DNA from: Lama guanicoe
Lineage: Eukaryota
NCBI GenBank assembly: GCA_013239625.1
Contig: MU054391.1
Location: forward strand, 3,377,130 to 3,441,129
Direction of reading: 5' to 3'
Length of the DNA stretch: 64,000 nucleotides
Below the pieces are notes generated by a model. The model was not told the DNA's origin. It made no database searches and saw only the letters and a list, made by a program, of their open reading frames with translations. This document shows positions 36,071-49,672 of this stretch, piece by piece (positions within the stretch are counted from its first letter, which is position 1; every line of letters begins with the position of its first letter). The position numbers were made by a program, and so were the translations under genes.

Positions 36071-38603
36071 TGAGAAAGTATGAATGCGTTGGAAATCAAC
36101 CTTAAGATTTCTGGGGTTCCAACAGCCTAAGTTCTCTTAACCTCATTTTCTACACCTGGGATGTTACCAAAAGAGCAGAGAGCCCTTGCACCTCCACACA
36201 TTCGTGTGGTGGTTTAGAGTCTTTCCATGTGGGGTCTGACGGTTCTCACACACCCCACTCCCTCCTAACACAGAAACACCTGAGGAGAGTAGCTGCCAGA
36301 GTCATTGTCACTGTCACCGTTCACATATGATGTGATGAGGTTCAAAGGTTAAACGGTGAATTCGTGGGATTCGGACACCTGCAACGGTGGCTCCCACGGT
36401 CACACCGAGATTGTCGCTTCCTCAGTTCTCCCAGAAAGCCTTCCAAATGGGTATCCAATCTACCCAATTCAAATATTTTTGAAGTGGAACCAAACTTCGG
36501 GATGTTTTGGACGAGAGCGCTGTGCTGCATCGATTCCTAGCTGCATGGCACGGGGGCGACGCGATCGAGCTTAGTTCAGGGGCATTAACGAAAAATCGCA
36601 GAGTTGACGCTGGATGCTAGCATCTCCCTGTACCCTCTGTGCTCATTTTACTCCGAATTCTTGCGTTCAGCTCCCTCTGCCTTAATAGTGAGTACTGCTG
36701 TCCACTGCTAGTGCACCACCATGAATTCTGGAGGATGGAGACAAAGCTCCAGCCGCTGCGTGGGGCCATGCATTTGTTCTGACTTTGTCGTACTTTGTGT
36801 TTGGGGCGTCGTGCATGAATGCACAATCTTCAGTTTCCCCCGGGCTTTTCTAACCACCTTTGCCCTGTGTTGATCAGTATCTTCCAGGGTCTGGTGGCAT
36901 CCTGGTCTTCTGAAGGTCTCCACTCCGAGTGCAGGTCCTATGACCCCACTGGTCACAGACTGTCATTCGTCATCCTGACTTCAGAGCCACCTCATGAGTT
37001 GCTCTGAGCAGTTCCTTTCTCTCCAGTCCATTTGAAGAGTTGAGCCCTAATCATCTCTCTCCACCCTGGGAAGTTTTAAGAGACAGTGAACAAAGCTTTC
37101 TAGACTAAACCCTGCAACAGGAGATGGCGCCCCCAGGAAACAGCCTTTCTCTCTAGTCCTGCCCTGTTCGCCATCAGAATGCTCTCCCTCCCTAATAATT
37201 CCACCTGAAGGGCTACATAACAGCTCTTCTAGAAGGAAAGAATAATGTCACCCATTCATTCACTCAGCTAACGTTGGCAAATGAATCTAAGTTCTTTGAT
37301 TTTGTCTGTAATTTTATGTTTGCTACCAGCTTATCTTCTTCACCAGGTTTACTTTGACCTTGACATCAGCTCACCTTATCTTCTTTGTAGCCCAGAACGA
37401 GCATTGACAGCAGCCCTCTGCAGGGTGAGGAGCACTGTCTGTGGTCACGGCACATGGTGTGGACCATGTGGCAAAGGTTGGGACCCCTTCTGCTGGTCTC
37501 ACCACTAAGTCCTCTAGACAGTGGAGCCTGATGTTTTCCCTTATCGGGGTAACTTGGCAATCAAGTCTTAAAATTAACAATAGAATACACAAATATTAAG
37601 TGAAATAATGGCTTTTCTTTTTGGTCATTTCTGTAGCAATAGCCTACCCAACCAGGCTCAAAGTCCCACAAAACTTTCACTCTCGCAAACAAAGAAACTG
37701 TTCAGTATCAGCCCTACTTCCTTTTCTGGCCCCAGACTCGAGTTTTGCACCATATTAACTGCAAACAGCAGGGTCTTAATCATTCTTAGTTGCCAAATAG
37801 CCTAGCAAATTACATGTTGCATTGGCTCTGGGTACCGCAAGAGGAAATAAATGCCTGTGTTTATGTGGAAAATATGACCATATAACATAATTGGGGGTAT
37901 TTCATTTTTTCATGAATGTATAATTTCAGCAATGAGGGTGATGGGTATTGCTTAAGAATTCTTCAGAAAGAAAAAAATGAATAACAGATTTACCAACATT
38001 GTGAGAGACTGGTCAGTGATTAGTGGCCGTAGCTTTTATTATCATGAAACTAGAGCAAAATAATCAAGGTATTCATTTGTTTTCATTCATTTAGTACCCA
38101 TATGCTGTTTCCATTAAAGCAGCCTAAAGTTAGTTAATGTTCAATTCTGCATTGTGGGGAGAGTCATACTCGCAGGCAGGACCAGCCCAATGGTGAGGCA
38201 TATGGGACGTTCACTCCTTTTCTCTGAGCAGATGGAGACTAAGCATGTCATAGAAATAATGTGTTTTGTCTCTAGAGAGAGGATGCTGGCTGCTTTGTTC
38301 TTAGATGACTTGCTTGCCAAGCCTTCTGTTCAGGTTAGAACTTGTACATGTGGGGTTTCCATTGACTCTGCTTCTTTTGAAAAGGGCTGCCACAATTGAG
38401 ATCCAGAAACACAAAAATACTTGCTTTGCAAAGTCCCAGAAGTCCAAAGTCCATAAATAACTTTTAAATCCTCCCAAAGAGTGCAGTCTTCTCGCGCCGC
38501 AGGCCAGTTTCATCTCGTCGCTTTCAGGGAAGAGCATGGGGGCCGGAAGCAATAGGCCTTCATATGGATGGAGAAGCAAAGACGTGGAGAAATTGAACTC
38601 ACC

Positions 38604-38965
38604 TGTCTTAGTCCATTCCAGCCGCTAAAAAAACCCCAAAAAACAAAAAAACACCATAGCTTGTTTGGTTAATAAATAGCAGACATTTACTTCTCACGTT
38701 TCTGGAGGCTGGACGTCCAAGATCGTGATGCTGGCAGCTTTGGTGTCTGGTCGAGCCCGCTTCCCCGCTGATGGTGACTGTTTTCTCACTATGGTGGAAG
38801 AGACAAGGGAACCTGTGATGTCTCCCTTATAAGGGCTCTAATACCACGGCTCTGCCCTCACCCCCTAATCATCTCCCAAAGGCCACACCTCCAAATGCCA
38901 TCACCTTGAGGTTTAGGCTTTGAACATATGAATTTAGGGGAGATATACATATTCATGCCACAGCA
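38604..38965 (-). mobile_element. MaLR solo LTR (MLT1A0-like) with intact 5-bp TSD
   Basis: tgtcttagtccattc...gccacagca, TSD tcacc at 38599-38603 and 38966-38970. Confidence 0.93.
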
Positions 38966-39397
38966 TCACCCAAGTCCCCGTAGCTGATCTTAAATAAAAA
39001 ACTTAGTTTGTATGACGCTACTTGTGTGTGAGCTGGTGAACTGAAGGATTAGGCTTAGGTGGGAGTGAGCAACTACTGGAGTCCAACCTGCAAACCATGA
39101 GCTTGTCCGCCGGTCTTTGGTGCAGGATGACTACGTGCAGGCAGGGGTTGCAGGGGCTTTGGGTTACCTGCTGCTTGAAGCCAACGCACTTGTTATTACC
39201 ACTTGTGGTTCAGAATTGTGCCAGGTGTATCCGCACCAGGCTTCACATTGTCAACAGTCTAACGTTTCGTCTTTTGGGTTAATTTTAGTGACAAATATAA
39301 TCACAAAAAATGCATAATGTGATTTAAAGTGGAAATCACTCATCAGGCAACTTTACATGATGTCCTATGACTGGACCACACTCCTCTGGTGCACAAT

Positions 39398-39785
39398 TAT
39401 TTCAGTTTCCTGGGGCCGCCAGGACAAAGAGATGTGATCAGGGCAGCTTAAACTACGGGAATTGATGGTCTCACAGTTCTGGAGGCTGGAAGGACGAAGC
39501 TCAAGTTGTCAGCAGGGTGGTTTCCTCTGAGTCCTCTCTGCTTTTGCTTTGTAGATGATTTTCTTCTTTGAGTTCTCACGTCATCCTCCTCCTGTGCATC
39601 TGTCTCCAAACTTCCTCTTTTCATAAGGACACCAGCGAGGTCGGATCAGGGCCCACCCTCACGACCGCATTGTAACTCCATTACCTCGTAAGGGCTCTCT
39701 CTCCAAATACAGGCATATTCCGAGGTTCTGGGTTTTAGGATCCCAACATATGAATTTTGGAAGGACACAGTAACAATCTATAACA
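39398..39785 (-). mobile_element. MaLR solo LTR (MLT1B-like) with intact 5-bp TSD
   Basis: tctcacagttctggaggctggaag, ataaggacaccag, caacatatgaattttgg, TSD acaat at 39393-39397 and 39786-39790. Confidence 0.92.
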
Positions 39786-40369
39786 ACAATTAACTCTACT
39801 TCTTAAATTTGTTGTTACATAAATATTCTATGAATGGATTAAAGAATTAATGTATTGAATATAAACAATGAAAATTACTGCAACTCAGTATCCTTGTTTT
39901 GAACTCAAGGATCTTCCTCTGCCCACAGGTACTGCGCTGTTCCTTCAGGGTTCAGCATTCTGACAGGGTCTAGGCTCTGTCAGCACACAAGACGCCTTCA
40001 GTTCACCTTGGGCATCAGAGCACAAGTGCTGCCAGCCTGAGCGCTTGTGACTGGCCGAAGTGAACGTGTGTGCGATTTAGGATGTGGCTGTTTGGTGTTT
40101 CCAGGAACCTTCTCATCTTTTGCCCTTAACGTGAAAAACCTCCCAGAGAAGTCACATGGCACATAGGCAGGTGTGGGGTCCAGACCTAGAGTCACATCTC
40201 GTCATGGACAAGTCACAGCAGCGGCTCACTTTGGCTCCGTGGATCACCCTTTGTGGGATGTGGGTTTCTCACCTGTAGGGTGAGCTCGCCTGTGAGTTCC
40301 CGGGACAGAGCACGTTTGACAAGGACGAATCCACAGCCCCTGCCTTGGTAAGTGGAGTGAGAACAGCCA

Positions 40370-40560
40370 CCTTTCATTGTGTCTGCTGGTTGCCAGGGGC
40401 TTTATGTGCATGACCTTATATAATCTCTGCCATCATCCCACAAGACAAGTATTATTACATTATTATATCTGAGGAAGTGCGGTCTGAAAGAGATATCACA
40501 TAATAGTGCTTTTTCACAGAGAGAGCTGGAATTTGAGCCCTGGGTTACGAGGCTCCTAGC
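40370..40560 (-). mobile_element. MIR
   Basis: tgccaggggctttatgtgcat..taatctct..tgaggaagtgcggtctga..gagctggaatttgagccc. Confidence 0.6.
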
Positions 40561-43309
40561 CTTTCCAAACAGACGAGCCTAACTTTGAACCAGCGTTTTG
40601 TTTGCAAAATTCTCTTTTTGTTTTTCTCCCATATTATGCCTTTCTAATGATTAAGCCTTTAGATGGTGCAGATTTCAGGCCTTGTTATCCACTACAGGAG
40701 CTTGTGCAGGTAAATTACACGGCTAGGTGCTATAGGATAAGTACCCTGTAAATGCAACACAAACACACATTTAGACAAGCTACGCGGAGGGAAAACATTT
40801 GAGCAGATCCTGGGCAGTATTTACACAGCAGGGATGTGGGACGGGGTGTGGGTACAGGAGTAGACTTCAAACGGAAGAAATGACTCAGATAACAATGTCA
40901 CTATTTAAATTCACCTCGTGGGCTGCAGATAAAAAGTAGATTGGGGTCAGTTAGTGAGACCTTTGGACACTGGAAACAACAGCACAATTTCTGAGTCTGG
41001 GGATCTTCCAGGGGTCTTCCAGCTGCTCCCACAAATATGTCCCCCTTGTCACCTCCTGGACCTGCCCGCCTCCCACCACTATGACAGCGCTTAGGATGAA
41101 GGAGCATTTTCACATGTTAACAGATACATTGCTCTGTCATCTGAGATGTGCAGACCACCCACTCGACAGCTATTTTTTCATCCAACTATGTGGACCAGAA
41201 AGCGAGGGGGCCTCTGCGGCTACAATTTTGTAGCTGAGATGCAAGCCTCAGTCAGCCATGCCGGGCCAGGAAGCTAGCTAGCCTTTTACACGTTGTGTCA
41301 CATTTTAATCCTTTCATCAAACCCAGAGGTAAATGTTGTCTTCATCTTCTGTTAGATGGTAAAATGGATGCTATTGAGCGATATAAAATTCAGCAAAGGC
41401 ACGCACAAATCCTCAGCTTTCTTCAAGAGGGGCATGTACTGGAAACAGGAAGGAGGGCTTACAAAAACAACCTCGTGCTACTGCGTATAAAGTGATCAGA
41501 CATCCACCTCTGACTAAGTGCTTAGAAGTTTGGCGGTATGATACAGAAGACTGTAGAAAGAGAAAGTATGTTTTTTTTTTTGAAATATACCAAAATGGGG
41601 CCCAGGATTCTCCAAAATGCATACATGTTCCTTGAGACAGTGCTTATGATACTAAACTCTGAACAAAGACTTCCTGCTTCTGATAGGAGGAAAGAAGGTT
41701 GAGGCAAGAGCACTGCTTCCCAGTTTGAACCGGCCCTGTGAACCCCATGTGAGCATCGTCAGCCGTGCCCGGGACAGATGGAAAACGAGGCCATTATGCA
41801 GCCTCCTCATTATTCCTTGTCAGTGCTGAGCTCCACTGGGGAAATTCACGTATTGAATCTTTCTCCTGAGATACATCCCAGGAAAACGATCCATGCAGAA
41901 GGAGGCTTCAGAATATCTAATGTTGGTGATAAATCTAGTGGGAGTTTGGAATATTTGGTGTCCAGGAATCCCAGAGCCCCTGTGACCCTGACATCCCATG
42001 CTGACTTGCTGGTGTGAGTGCTGGCGCCCCTGCTCAGAGAAGCCTCTATCAAGCAGGGGCGGAGTTTGCCCACAAGAGGATACTTGATTGCTGCTTAACT
42101 GCCACAAGCCTCGTTCATCATTTTAATAAACTTTCCAAGGGAGAGGAAGGATTTCCCTAGATCCTCTTTATAGTTGGTGTGGAAACTTAATGGGTAATCA
42201 AGTGTTAGGCCCATGTTAATCCCTCTTAATCCCCATGTGACTATTTTATTTTTATTAATAATCACACTAAAACCACTGAGCATTCTTTTTCTTCATAATG
42301 TATTTGTTTGGAGGAGAAAAGACTTGTCCAAAAAAAAAAAAACCCAGTTTAAACCCAAAGTTCAGGGTAAATAAACAGAGCAGATCATGAGAAACCCAAA
42401 GATACCAACATCCAAATATTCTGAAAAAGGTAGTTTTAATCTTACAAGAGTGGGAAGGAAGAAGGGGAGGTTGAGTCTTCGAGTCTTTACTGAGCATCTG
42501 TGATGGGCCAGATGCCTTGTACGTGTGACTCTCTCTCATGCTACAGTGTCACAGGGGACATTCTAGTCTCTGAACATGAAGGGAAAGCGGCTCAGGCTCG
42601 GAGAGCTAAGGGAGTGAAGAGTGATGTGTCAGACGTGAACACAGGGAAACGCCCCAGCCTGTGCCCTTAACCCTGTGTATTTCTGCCTTTCGAGTGAATG
42701 ATAAAGAATACAGCTTTATTTCACGGTAATGATAGAAATTTTCTTTCTATAACTTCCTCACCCTGCCCCACCTCCCCACCCTCTCTGTCCTGCCTCAAAT
42801 GAATCATATCTGTAGTCCTATGAAACTATGTCTGCTGGAATTCCAGGTCTCATGCTAATATCTAAATTTATGAAAATTGCTAAATGTTTCAGGAAACTAG
42901 ACTGAAAAAGGCAAAGTATGGTCCCTGAAAACTCCGAGCTTGCCTATGAAGGAACCCTGGGAGAAAATCTCTGGTACCCAAAGTCGACCTCTGAAAAATC
43001 AGGGAGGTGAGTGTTCTGTGAGATAAATCGTCACCAGCCTCAGTTTCTCGTGTGGCCAGTGAGTTGGTTGTGCCACTTTCCTTTCTGGGCTCTGATGGCT
43101 GGGACCACTCTTGAGGGAGCTCATAGAAGTTTATATTCTCCGTGTTTGCACTGAACAAGAAAGTAACCGCCAAACTTTGGAAATAGAGAGCCAGTGGTCA
43201 GAAGCCAGGAGAAAAAGCAATCAGACATAAGAGGAATGAAAAGAACTGGGGAAGAAGGAACAGAGAAGGTGTAACCAAGCAGGACCCTATTGTCATCAGT
43301 GACCATCTG

Positions 43310-44076
43310 ATAGCTCTAATGGTGTTTGCAACTGCTTAACTGTAATGGTTTAAACTGTAAATGGTTTAAAGGGTTTTACTCAGGCTTTTGCTGACCAGGA
43401 TTGGGCTGGGGAGGATGGAGGCTTGGGTGGTCCACCCAACCCCCTTGTGGTGCTGGTGCAGTGTGCAGGGATCATGCTCAATGCCTTGCTTCTGCCCCAG
43501 TGCCCTCCTCTTGACCCCAACACCTCAGAAACAGCAATTGGGTGTTTTGTGCATCTCGCTGTTCATAACTTACCCCAAATTGCACATGTCTGCAGTTGTT
43601 TTTAGACCCCTCATGATTTCCTTGTATCCTGTTGTTTGAGGTGCAGTCCTTAGCCTGCTTAAAAGGCTAAAAAGCATTTATCAACCTGACTTTAAACTGC
43701 ACAAGTTTTTCTCTAGAGCTCTTTTCCATGGAGGCCCTGCCCATGCATCCTTTATTCTAAGTACAAGAATATTAAGAGTCCCAAAGCCTGAGGTGAACTT
43801 CATACCCAGCAGAAGGAAGGGGACCATTGTACCTACAAAAGCAAGAACAACTTTGCAACAACTTGTTACCTGGTATGTGATCTCTATAGAAACTAGCTCT
43901 GCCCTTGAACTTTTACCATAAAACCCCTTGCCTTCTCTCCCCAGCAGACTCACAGTCTTAGAAGTGTTAGCTCACTGTGACCTCTTTGCCTGGCAAAGAA
44001 ATAAAGCTGCTGTTTCTCCTTCACCCAAAGCTCCGTCCTTGAGTCTCAATTTGGTAAGCGAGATATAGAGACAACA
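43310..44076 (+). mobile_element. ERV1-type solo LTR (probably lineage-specific); 5' boundary uncertain
   Basis: TATA-like cataaaaccccttg, poly-A signal cctggcaaagaaataaagct, terminal ...gacaaca, and an internal short tandem repeat (aactgtaatggttt twice). Confidence 0.65.
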
Positions 44077-46594
44077 GAGGGGTGACAGGAGGGTGTGATA
44101 TGAATGAAGAAAGTGGTTGGGGTAATGAGAAGACTAGACCACCCTGCAAAATTTGGCTGGAGCTTGTGCAGTGCCCGACTCCTAGGAGGCCCTTGGTACA
44201 GAGTAGCTGGTCAAGAGTGGTTCTGCCAGTGAGATAGTGAAGCCAAGAAAACAAGAAATTTAATGTTGCAAAGAGCAAAATGGTGGCCCTGAAGAGTACT
44301 TGAGATGCTTGAGTGCCTACCCCACGTAGGGCATTGACTCCTGCTCTGTTGGAGAGCCTGGACCCTGGCTATGAGGCACTCTCTGAACCTCAGGGGATGG
44401 AAGGTCTGCATTTCCTTTGTAAATGAAGTTCTCACACTGTTTCAGTACTGTCAATTACACCAGCACCTTAGCATCTGACAAATAGGGTCAGATCTGCTCT
44501 ATCACAGCAAAACCTTGTGTGCTGGGATTTCCCACTTTCCACCCCCCAAATAAGGGAGTGTTGGGACTTTGGCCATGAACGCCTTTGAGCAGATGGCTCC
44601 TTGCCACGACGCCATCACCAGGCATCATGAAGGCAGGGCCTCCACCCTCCGGCGGCCTCTGGGTCTCCATGGAGCTCTGCGTGCTGTCCTCAGCATTGAA
44701 CGGCCCCCTTTCATACGATATAAGTTTGTCCATCCAGTTGGCCTTTGCCATTGAGAGCCGCATTTCACGGGACTAGAGAAATAAAGTGACAAAAGGAAGA
44801 GTCGCATATTTCCTTGCTGGCAATGAAACTTGCAAAACCAAGAGAAGAAAAAAAAAAGACCCTATTGTCCTGCCAACCAAGAAAAGATTGCCAGTTTCTA
44901 AGTAACACTTGTTATCATTTAATTAATAAACATTTCTTCTTGAATTTGCAACCCTTTCCTAGGTAGTCCTCATAACCCTCTGACGTAAGCCACTGTTACC
45001 CTCTGCGCTCTGCGCGGAAGGAGGTTCATCTCTTCCCTGCCCCTTCCTAACAAGGAATGACAAAGGGGCCTCCTCTCAGGCTCGCCATTCTGTCCCCCAA
45101 TGCTGCCCAGTCCTCAGCTCCGCCACTGGGAACGAAGTCTTAGATGAGCGGCCAGGATTCCAAGACAAAAGAAGGCCAAGGTCGTCCTGACCGTGTGTCC
45201 ATCACTGCTCTCTGAGGAAGCCCAGTGTGTACACTCAAGTTGAAGAATGTGGCCTAGACGAATCCAGAAAGGCTTTCTGAGATGAAGCCTCATCACGGGC
45301 ACTGTTGTCAACTGTCTGCCTGCAACGTGTCCTTCATTTTCAGCTCCTGTGTGTCAGTGGGACAAACAGAAGGAAGGCACATCCCGGGACGGGGGAGATC
45401 CCGCCAGCGTTCGTGTGTTCCTGGTATGTTTCTTGTTTGCTGCCGGAAGAGGATGCGAGTTCAGCAGGACTTGAGCTAATTCTGAACTGGGGACTTTTTT
45501 TAGTAGTTAGTTTTTTGTTGTCACTGTCTTAATGGAGCTTGAATGCATATCACAATGCAGCACACTGGGGTGTTTAAGTACGCGTTCGCACATTTTAAAT
45601 AGACACATATGCCCGTCCGAAAAAGCTGTGAGAAAGTCTTGTAACAAAAAATGGAAGCAAGATAAACAGAGAAAAAAGCACTTTTTACAGATGTACAAAG
45701 AGTCTTTTCTGCGCGGACGCCTTCAGACAGTTAAAAGCTATTTGCTTCTGATGGGGCTGCTCCCTTCCTGTTGATTCTTGAGTCTCAGCTGGTGACAAGC
45801 TCACCAGACTGGTTCTCTGCTCAGGCCACGCTGATGTCTGGCCCCACTGCAGCGGTGGACGCAGAGCCTTAGCAAAAGCTATGAAACCAATACCTCGTGG
45901 GTCTATAACCAAAGATGAACTCAAAAACAGAAACAGACCGCAGAGGTGAAATACAAGAAGGTGTTTTAAGACATTAAAAGAAGGGTTCTTTCTCTTTCTC
46001 TTCTATTTCCCTGCTTTGTTTTGGAGATTTATGGCTCTTCTCCAGCCAGGAGGATTTAGTATTTATAGAGGGTGGCCGATTTAACGTTCATAAAAAGTTC
46101 CAAATAGACTTGCACGGACCATGGGCTTCTCTGCAGCGGTTAGGCGGAGCTATATCATCATGCGTCATCGCGAGGGCAGTGACCATCTTCCCTCCCCCGA
46201 TCTTCGCAAGGACTTAAACGACCTGTGAAAGGCCTTCATCTTCCACGGGCATTTCACATCTCACTCCAGAGAGGTGTGGAGACCCTTTCCTGCCCTTTGG
46301 TCATGGCAGCCCTGCCGACTGCGGAGGCGGGAAGTCAAATCCAGGTGCCTTCAGGGTCTTGAACCACCATGACTTTTCAGACCAAGATCTGAGCATAATA
46401 TTTAGCTGCCAAATTGAGGCTACTCAACTGGGCTTTCTTATTAATTCCACCATTGATTTATTTAAAAAAATTAATCAGGATCCTTTTATGTTCGTAATTC
46501 TGTGCTAAGCAGCCATACGGAAAGCGGAACAATGTAAGTGTTCAGTGCGTGTCTCATGGCTGACGAAATGAACGAATCACCATGTGTTGTTATG

Positions 46595-46910
46595 ACGGAA
46601 GCATTTACTCAGCACTTATCCTGTGTGTTTTGTACTTATATTAGGTAGATGCCAAGGTGACACTGAGATGCATAATATACACATTCTGACCTTGAATGCC
46701 TTACAATTCAGCCTAGGAGGATGACCTAGATAAAGCAGAATAAACTCTATGAATTAATACAAGTACAAGAAAAATGGGGTGTGAGTGGTAAGAAAGTTAT
46801 CATTAATTGCAACCAGGAGGATTGGGTAGAAGCTTAAATCAGGTTTTAATCATAAGACGCCATGCGAGACTGGAGGGCATTCCTTTCAAAAGGAGTTGAA
46901 TGAATAAAGG
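46595..46910 (-). mobile_element. L2 fragment
   Basis: agcatttactcagcacttat..ctgaccttgaatgccttacaattcag..gagggcattcc. Confidence 0.55.
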
Positions 46911-46939
46911 AAGTAATTAAAAGTCAGCCCCAGAATCCA

Positions 46940-47150
46940 CTGCCACTCATTGACCACTCATAGAATGTCAACCACTGAACCTTGAACTTTACACGTATGA
47001 TCTCATTTGCAAATAAATAAACAAGTTCTCTCATTATCTCTCTTGTACAGAGGAGGAAACTGGGACTTGAAAGGGTAATTAATTTGTCCAAGTAAGAACT
47101 AAGCTTGGAAGCAGACCCAAATCTTTCTGAGAGCTGGAAAGGGCCCAGAG
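46940..47150 (-). mobile_element. MIR
   Basis: tttacacgtatgatctcattt..tacagaggaggaaactgggact..aatttgtccaag. Confidence 0.7.
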
Positions 47151-47339
47151 AGGGTAAGAGGTGCTCCTGTGGACTGGGACATTGCGGAGAAGGAAAAATG
47201 GGAGGCCTTGGGTTCAAGACACTTCTGATACAACCGAGGGATGCACACATGATGGACAACGAACAATACTGGGCAGTACTGACAGGACTCAAGTAAATAA
47301 ACAGTTAAGCCGGATCACACATCAGCAGTGCTCCGAGGA

Positions 47340-47500
47340 CAGTGGCAGGAGTCACGGGACTGGAGGAACTCGGACCAGGCTGCCCTTGCTGAGCTGGGGG
47401 ACTTCAAGCAAGTCGCTTCACTCTTTGGTCCCTCCGTCACCCTCAAATGGGAAAAATCCGACCTTATGATTCCTCCAGTTCCTTTCAATTGTAAATTCTG
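47340..47500 (+). mobile_element. MIR3-like fragment
   Basis: gcaagtcgcttcactctttggtccc..aaatgggaa..gttcctttcaattgtaaattctg. Confidence 0.5.
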
Positions 47501-48734
47501 AGCCTAAAAATATTAACATGGTTTGGAAAGAAAAGGAAAACAAGGTGCAAGGGGAAAACGAAGCATCTGATAATATTTAAGGATAAACAAGTGGATAGAG
47601 AGAAAAGCACCAGGAGGGCGGGGTGTGTACAAAATCCCACACGCTTCCTTCTCCCTCCAGGGCAGTCTCCCTCAGACCCCGCCGTGCAGTTTGCGTGAAC
47701 TGCTGCCCGTCCGTCTCCCCAGCTGGGCTGTAAGTCCACTTGGGCAAAACTCTGGTCCATCTGGCTTACTTTGTACTTTCAATGCCTAGCACAAATGCTC
47801 CCAGAAATACCTTGAGCAGTCAACAAAGCGTCATTTGAACATGGAAAGCAAGATTTATGGGAGTTTTGATTGAATATAAATGGACAGGTTAGCTACCTGC
47901 CTCTTCAATCTTACAGGGATATTACAGGGCAAAACACGGAGCTCATTTAATAAGAAGAATTCTGGAGGAAAAGGCATTGCGTTATTAGCAGAGTGGTAGC
48001 TGACGCAGACCAGGAAACCAGGAAAATAATAAAGCTTTACCAGGCAGTCAGGAGATTAGTTGAAAGAAGTGGTTTTTCAACTTTTCTAGAGCAGGGAAGT
48101 GGGGGGATTGCAGAATTCTGTCTGCCCAAACTAGACAGCTGAAGTTGAAAACATTCTGAATGTATCAGTGAGGTTGCAGCATTATCCCAGAGGAAAAATT
48201 AGGGAAAAAAAAAAACAGGGGGAAAGAAAGAGAGAGAAAAAGAAAGCAGGAGAGGAAGGCTCCAATGTGAATTATTGCTGCTGACTTCTCCTTTCAGGGG
48301 CAAAAGGTAAGCCGTGGATAAAAGACCCCTCCGTCCCCATTCCCTTCTCTGGTCTTGTTACTAAACTCTGTAGTCAGAGGGTAATGTCTCCACAGGCATC
48401 CAGGTGGAAGCCTCTTCCTCCTCTCTGCGCCTTTTAGCTTCTCCGAGGTTAATTTAGAAGGATTTGGAAGGCTCGTTTAGAGAATGGAGTACTGACATCT
48501 TTGCTAATGTCCATCTTTTAGAAACCAAAACTCTGCATCCACTTTAATGTATGTTTAGATGCTTAGCAAGCTATAACAAGACGGGGGAGAAACTCTGCAA
48601 ATGAAAGAAGAGGGGTTTAAATTCTTAAAATAGTAGTAAAAAGCCCTTTACCCTTTCTCAGACTCTTCATTGCAAACTGCCAAACATACAGGTTTTTATT
48701 TTAAAATATTTCAGTGAATTGTCTTGAAAAGTGA

Positions 48735-49060
48735 ACGATTAAAATTTTCTGGACTTCCATCTGGTTCTTCTTGACACCTTCATTTTTCTTTCCTGAGACT
48801 TTCTATTTCTTACTGAGATTGTATTTATTCCTTTTTTGAGCAGTAAGTTTGTGCTTGGTGATTGAAGTGTTTCAACAATGGCTGCTTTAAAATCTTGGTC
48901 AGATAATCCTGACATTATTTCTACCTTTTCTCCCACATGTATTCATTCATTGTCTTTTTCTCATTTGGTCTGAGATCTTGACCCATGATTTCCAACGGAA
49001 CTTGTACCATTTAGGCATCACACTATGAGAATCTGGGTCTTATTTAACCCTTGTTTTAGC
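48735..49060 (-). mobile_element. Old L1M ORF1 fragment
   Basis: Minus-strand peptide LSDQDFKAAIVETLQ (ORF 48739-48936) resembles the L1M ORF1p motif LSDKDFKAAIIKMLQ. Confidence 0.75.
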
Positions 49061-49074
49061 AAAACATAAAATAC

Positions 49075-49260
49075 GTCAGTGACAAAGAGGAGTGTTTTGT
49101 ATTGGTAAATAGATAAAGACATTATAGCTGTCAAGAACTTACATGCCTCTAACAATACAGACTTATACTTTATAAAGAAATTGATAGAGAAATAAATACA
49201 TCTGCATTTTTTATTTAAGAATTTTAATAGATGCTTCTCACAAATTCATCAGTGAGAAAA
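49075..49260 (+). mobile_element. Degenerate L1 ORF2 endonuclease-domain fragment
   Basis: gacaaagaggag (DKEG-like), aacttacatgcctctaacaat (NxYAPNN-like), gaattttaatag (GDFN-like). Confidence 0.55.
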
Positions 49261-49469
49261 ATACAAGGAGAAATTAAATTATTTAAATAATCAAATTTCA
49301 AACCATGAGAGAGCCTTTATAAATTAAAAAAATATATATCACAAAGCAAAGTGTTATGGGCAAAATACAATGAAATTAGCAAACAAGAGCAAAAAACAGT
49401 GTTGCAGATATATGTATATTTCAGTATTGCAACAGAAGACATGATTGCGAATGTAAAAGGGTCCCCCTG

Positions 49470-49672
49470 GGTCACCTCTCTGTGTCCTCACACAGTGAAG
49501 GTGTAAGGGTGTTCTGTAGGGTCTCTTTTATAAGAGCAGTGGTCCTGTTCATAAGGGCTCCACCCTCATGACATAATCACTTCCCAAAGGTCCCACCTCC
49601 TAACACCACCACACTGGGGATTAGGTTGCCAACACAGGAATTTGGGGGACGTGCAAACTTCAGACCAGAGCA
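49470..49672 (-). mobile_element. MLT1A0-like LTR fragment
   Basis: ggctccaccctcatgacataatcacttcccaaaggtcccacctcctaacacc..ttcagaccagagca. Confidence 0.88.
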
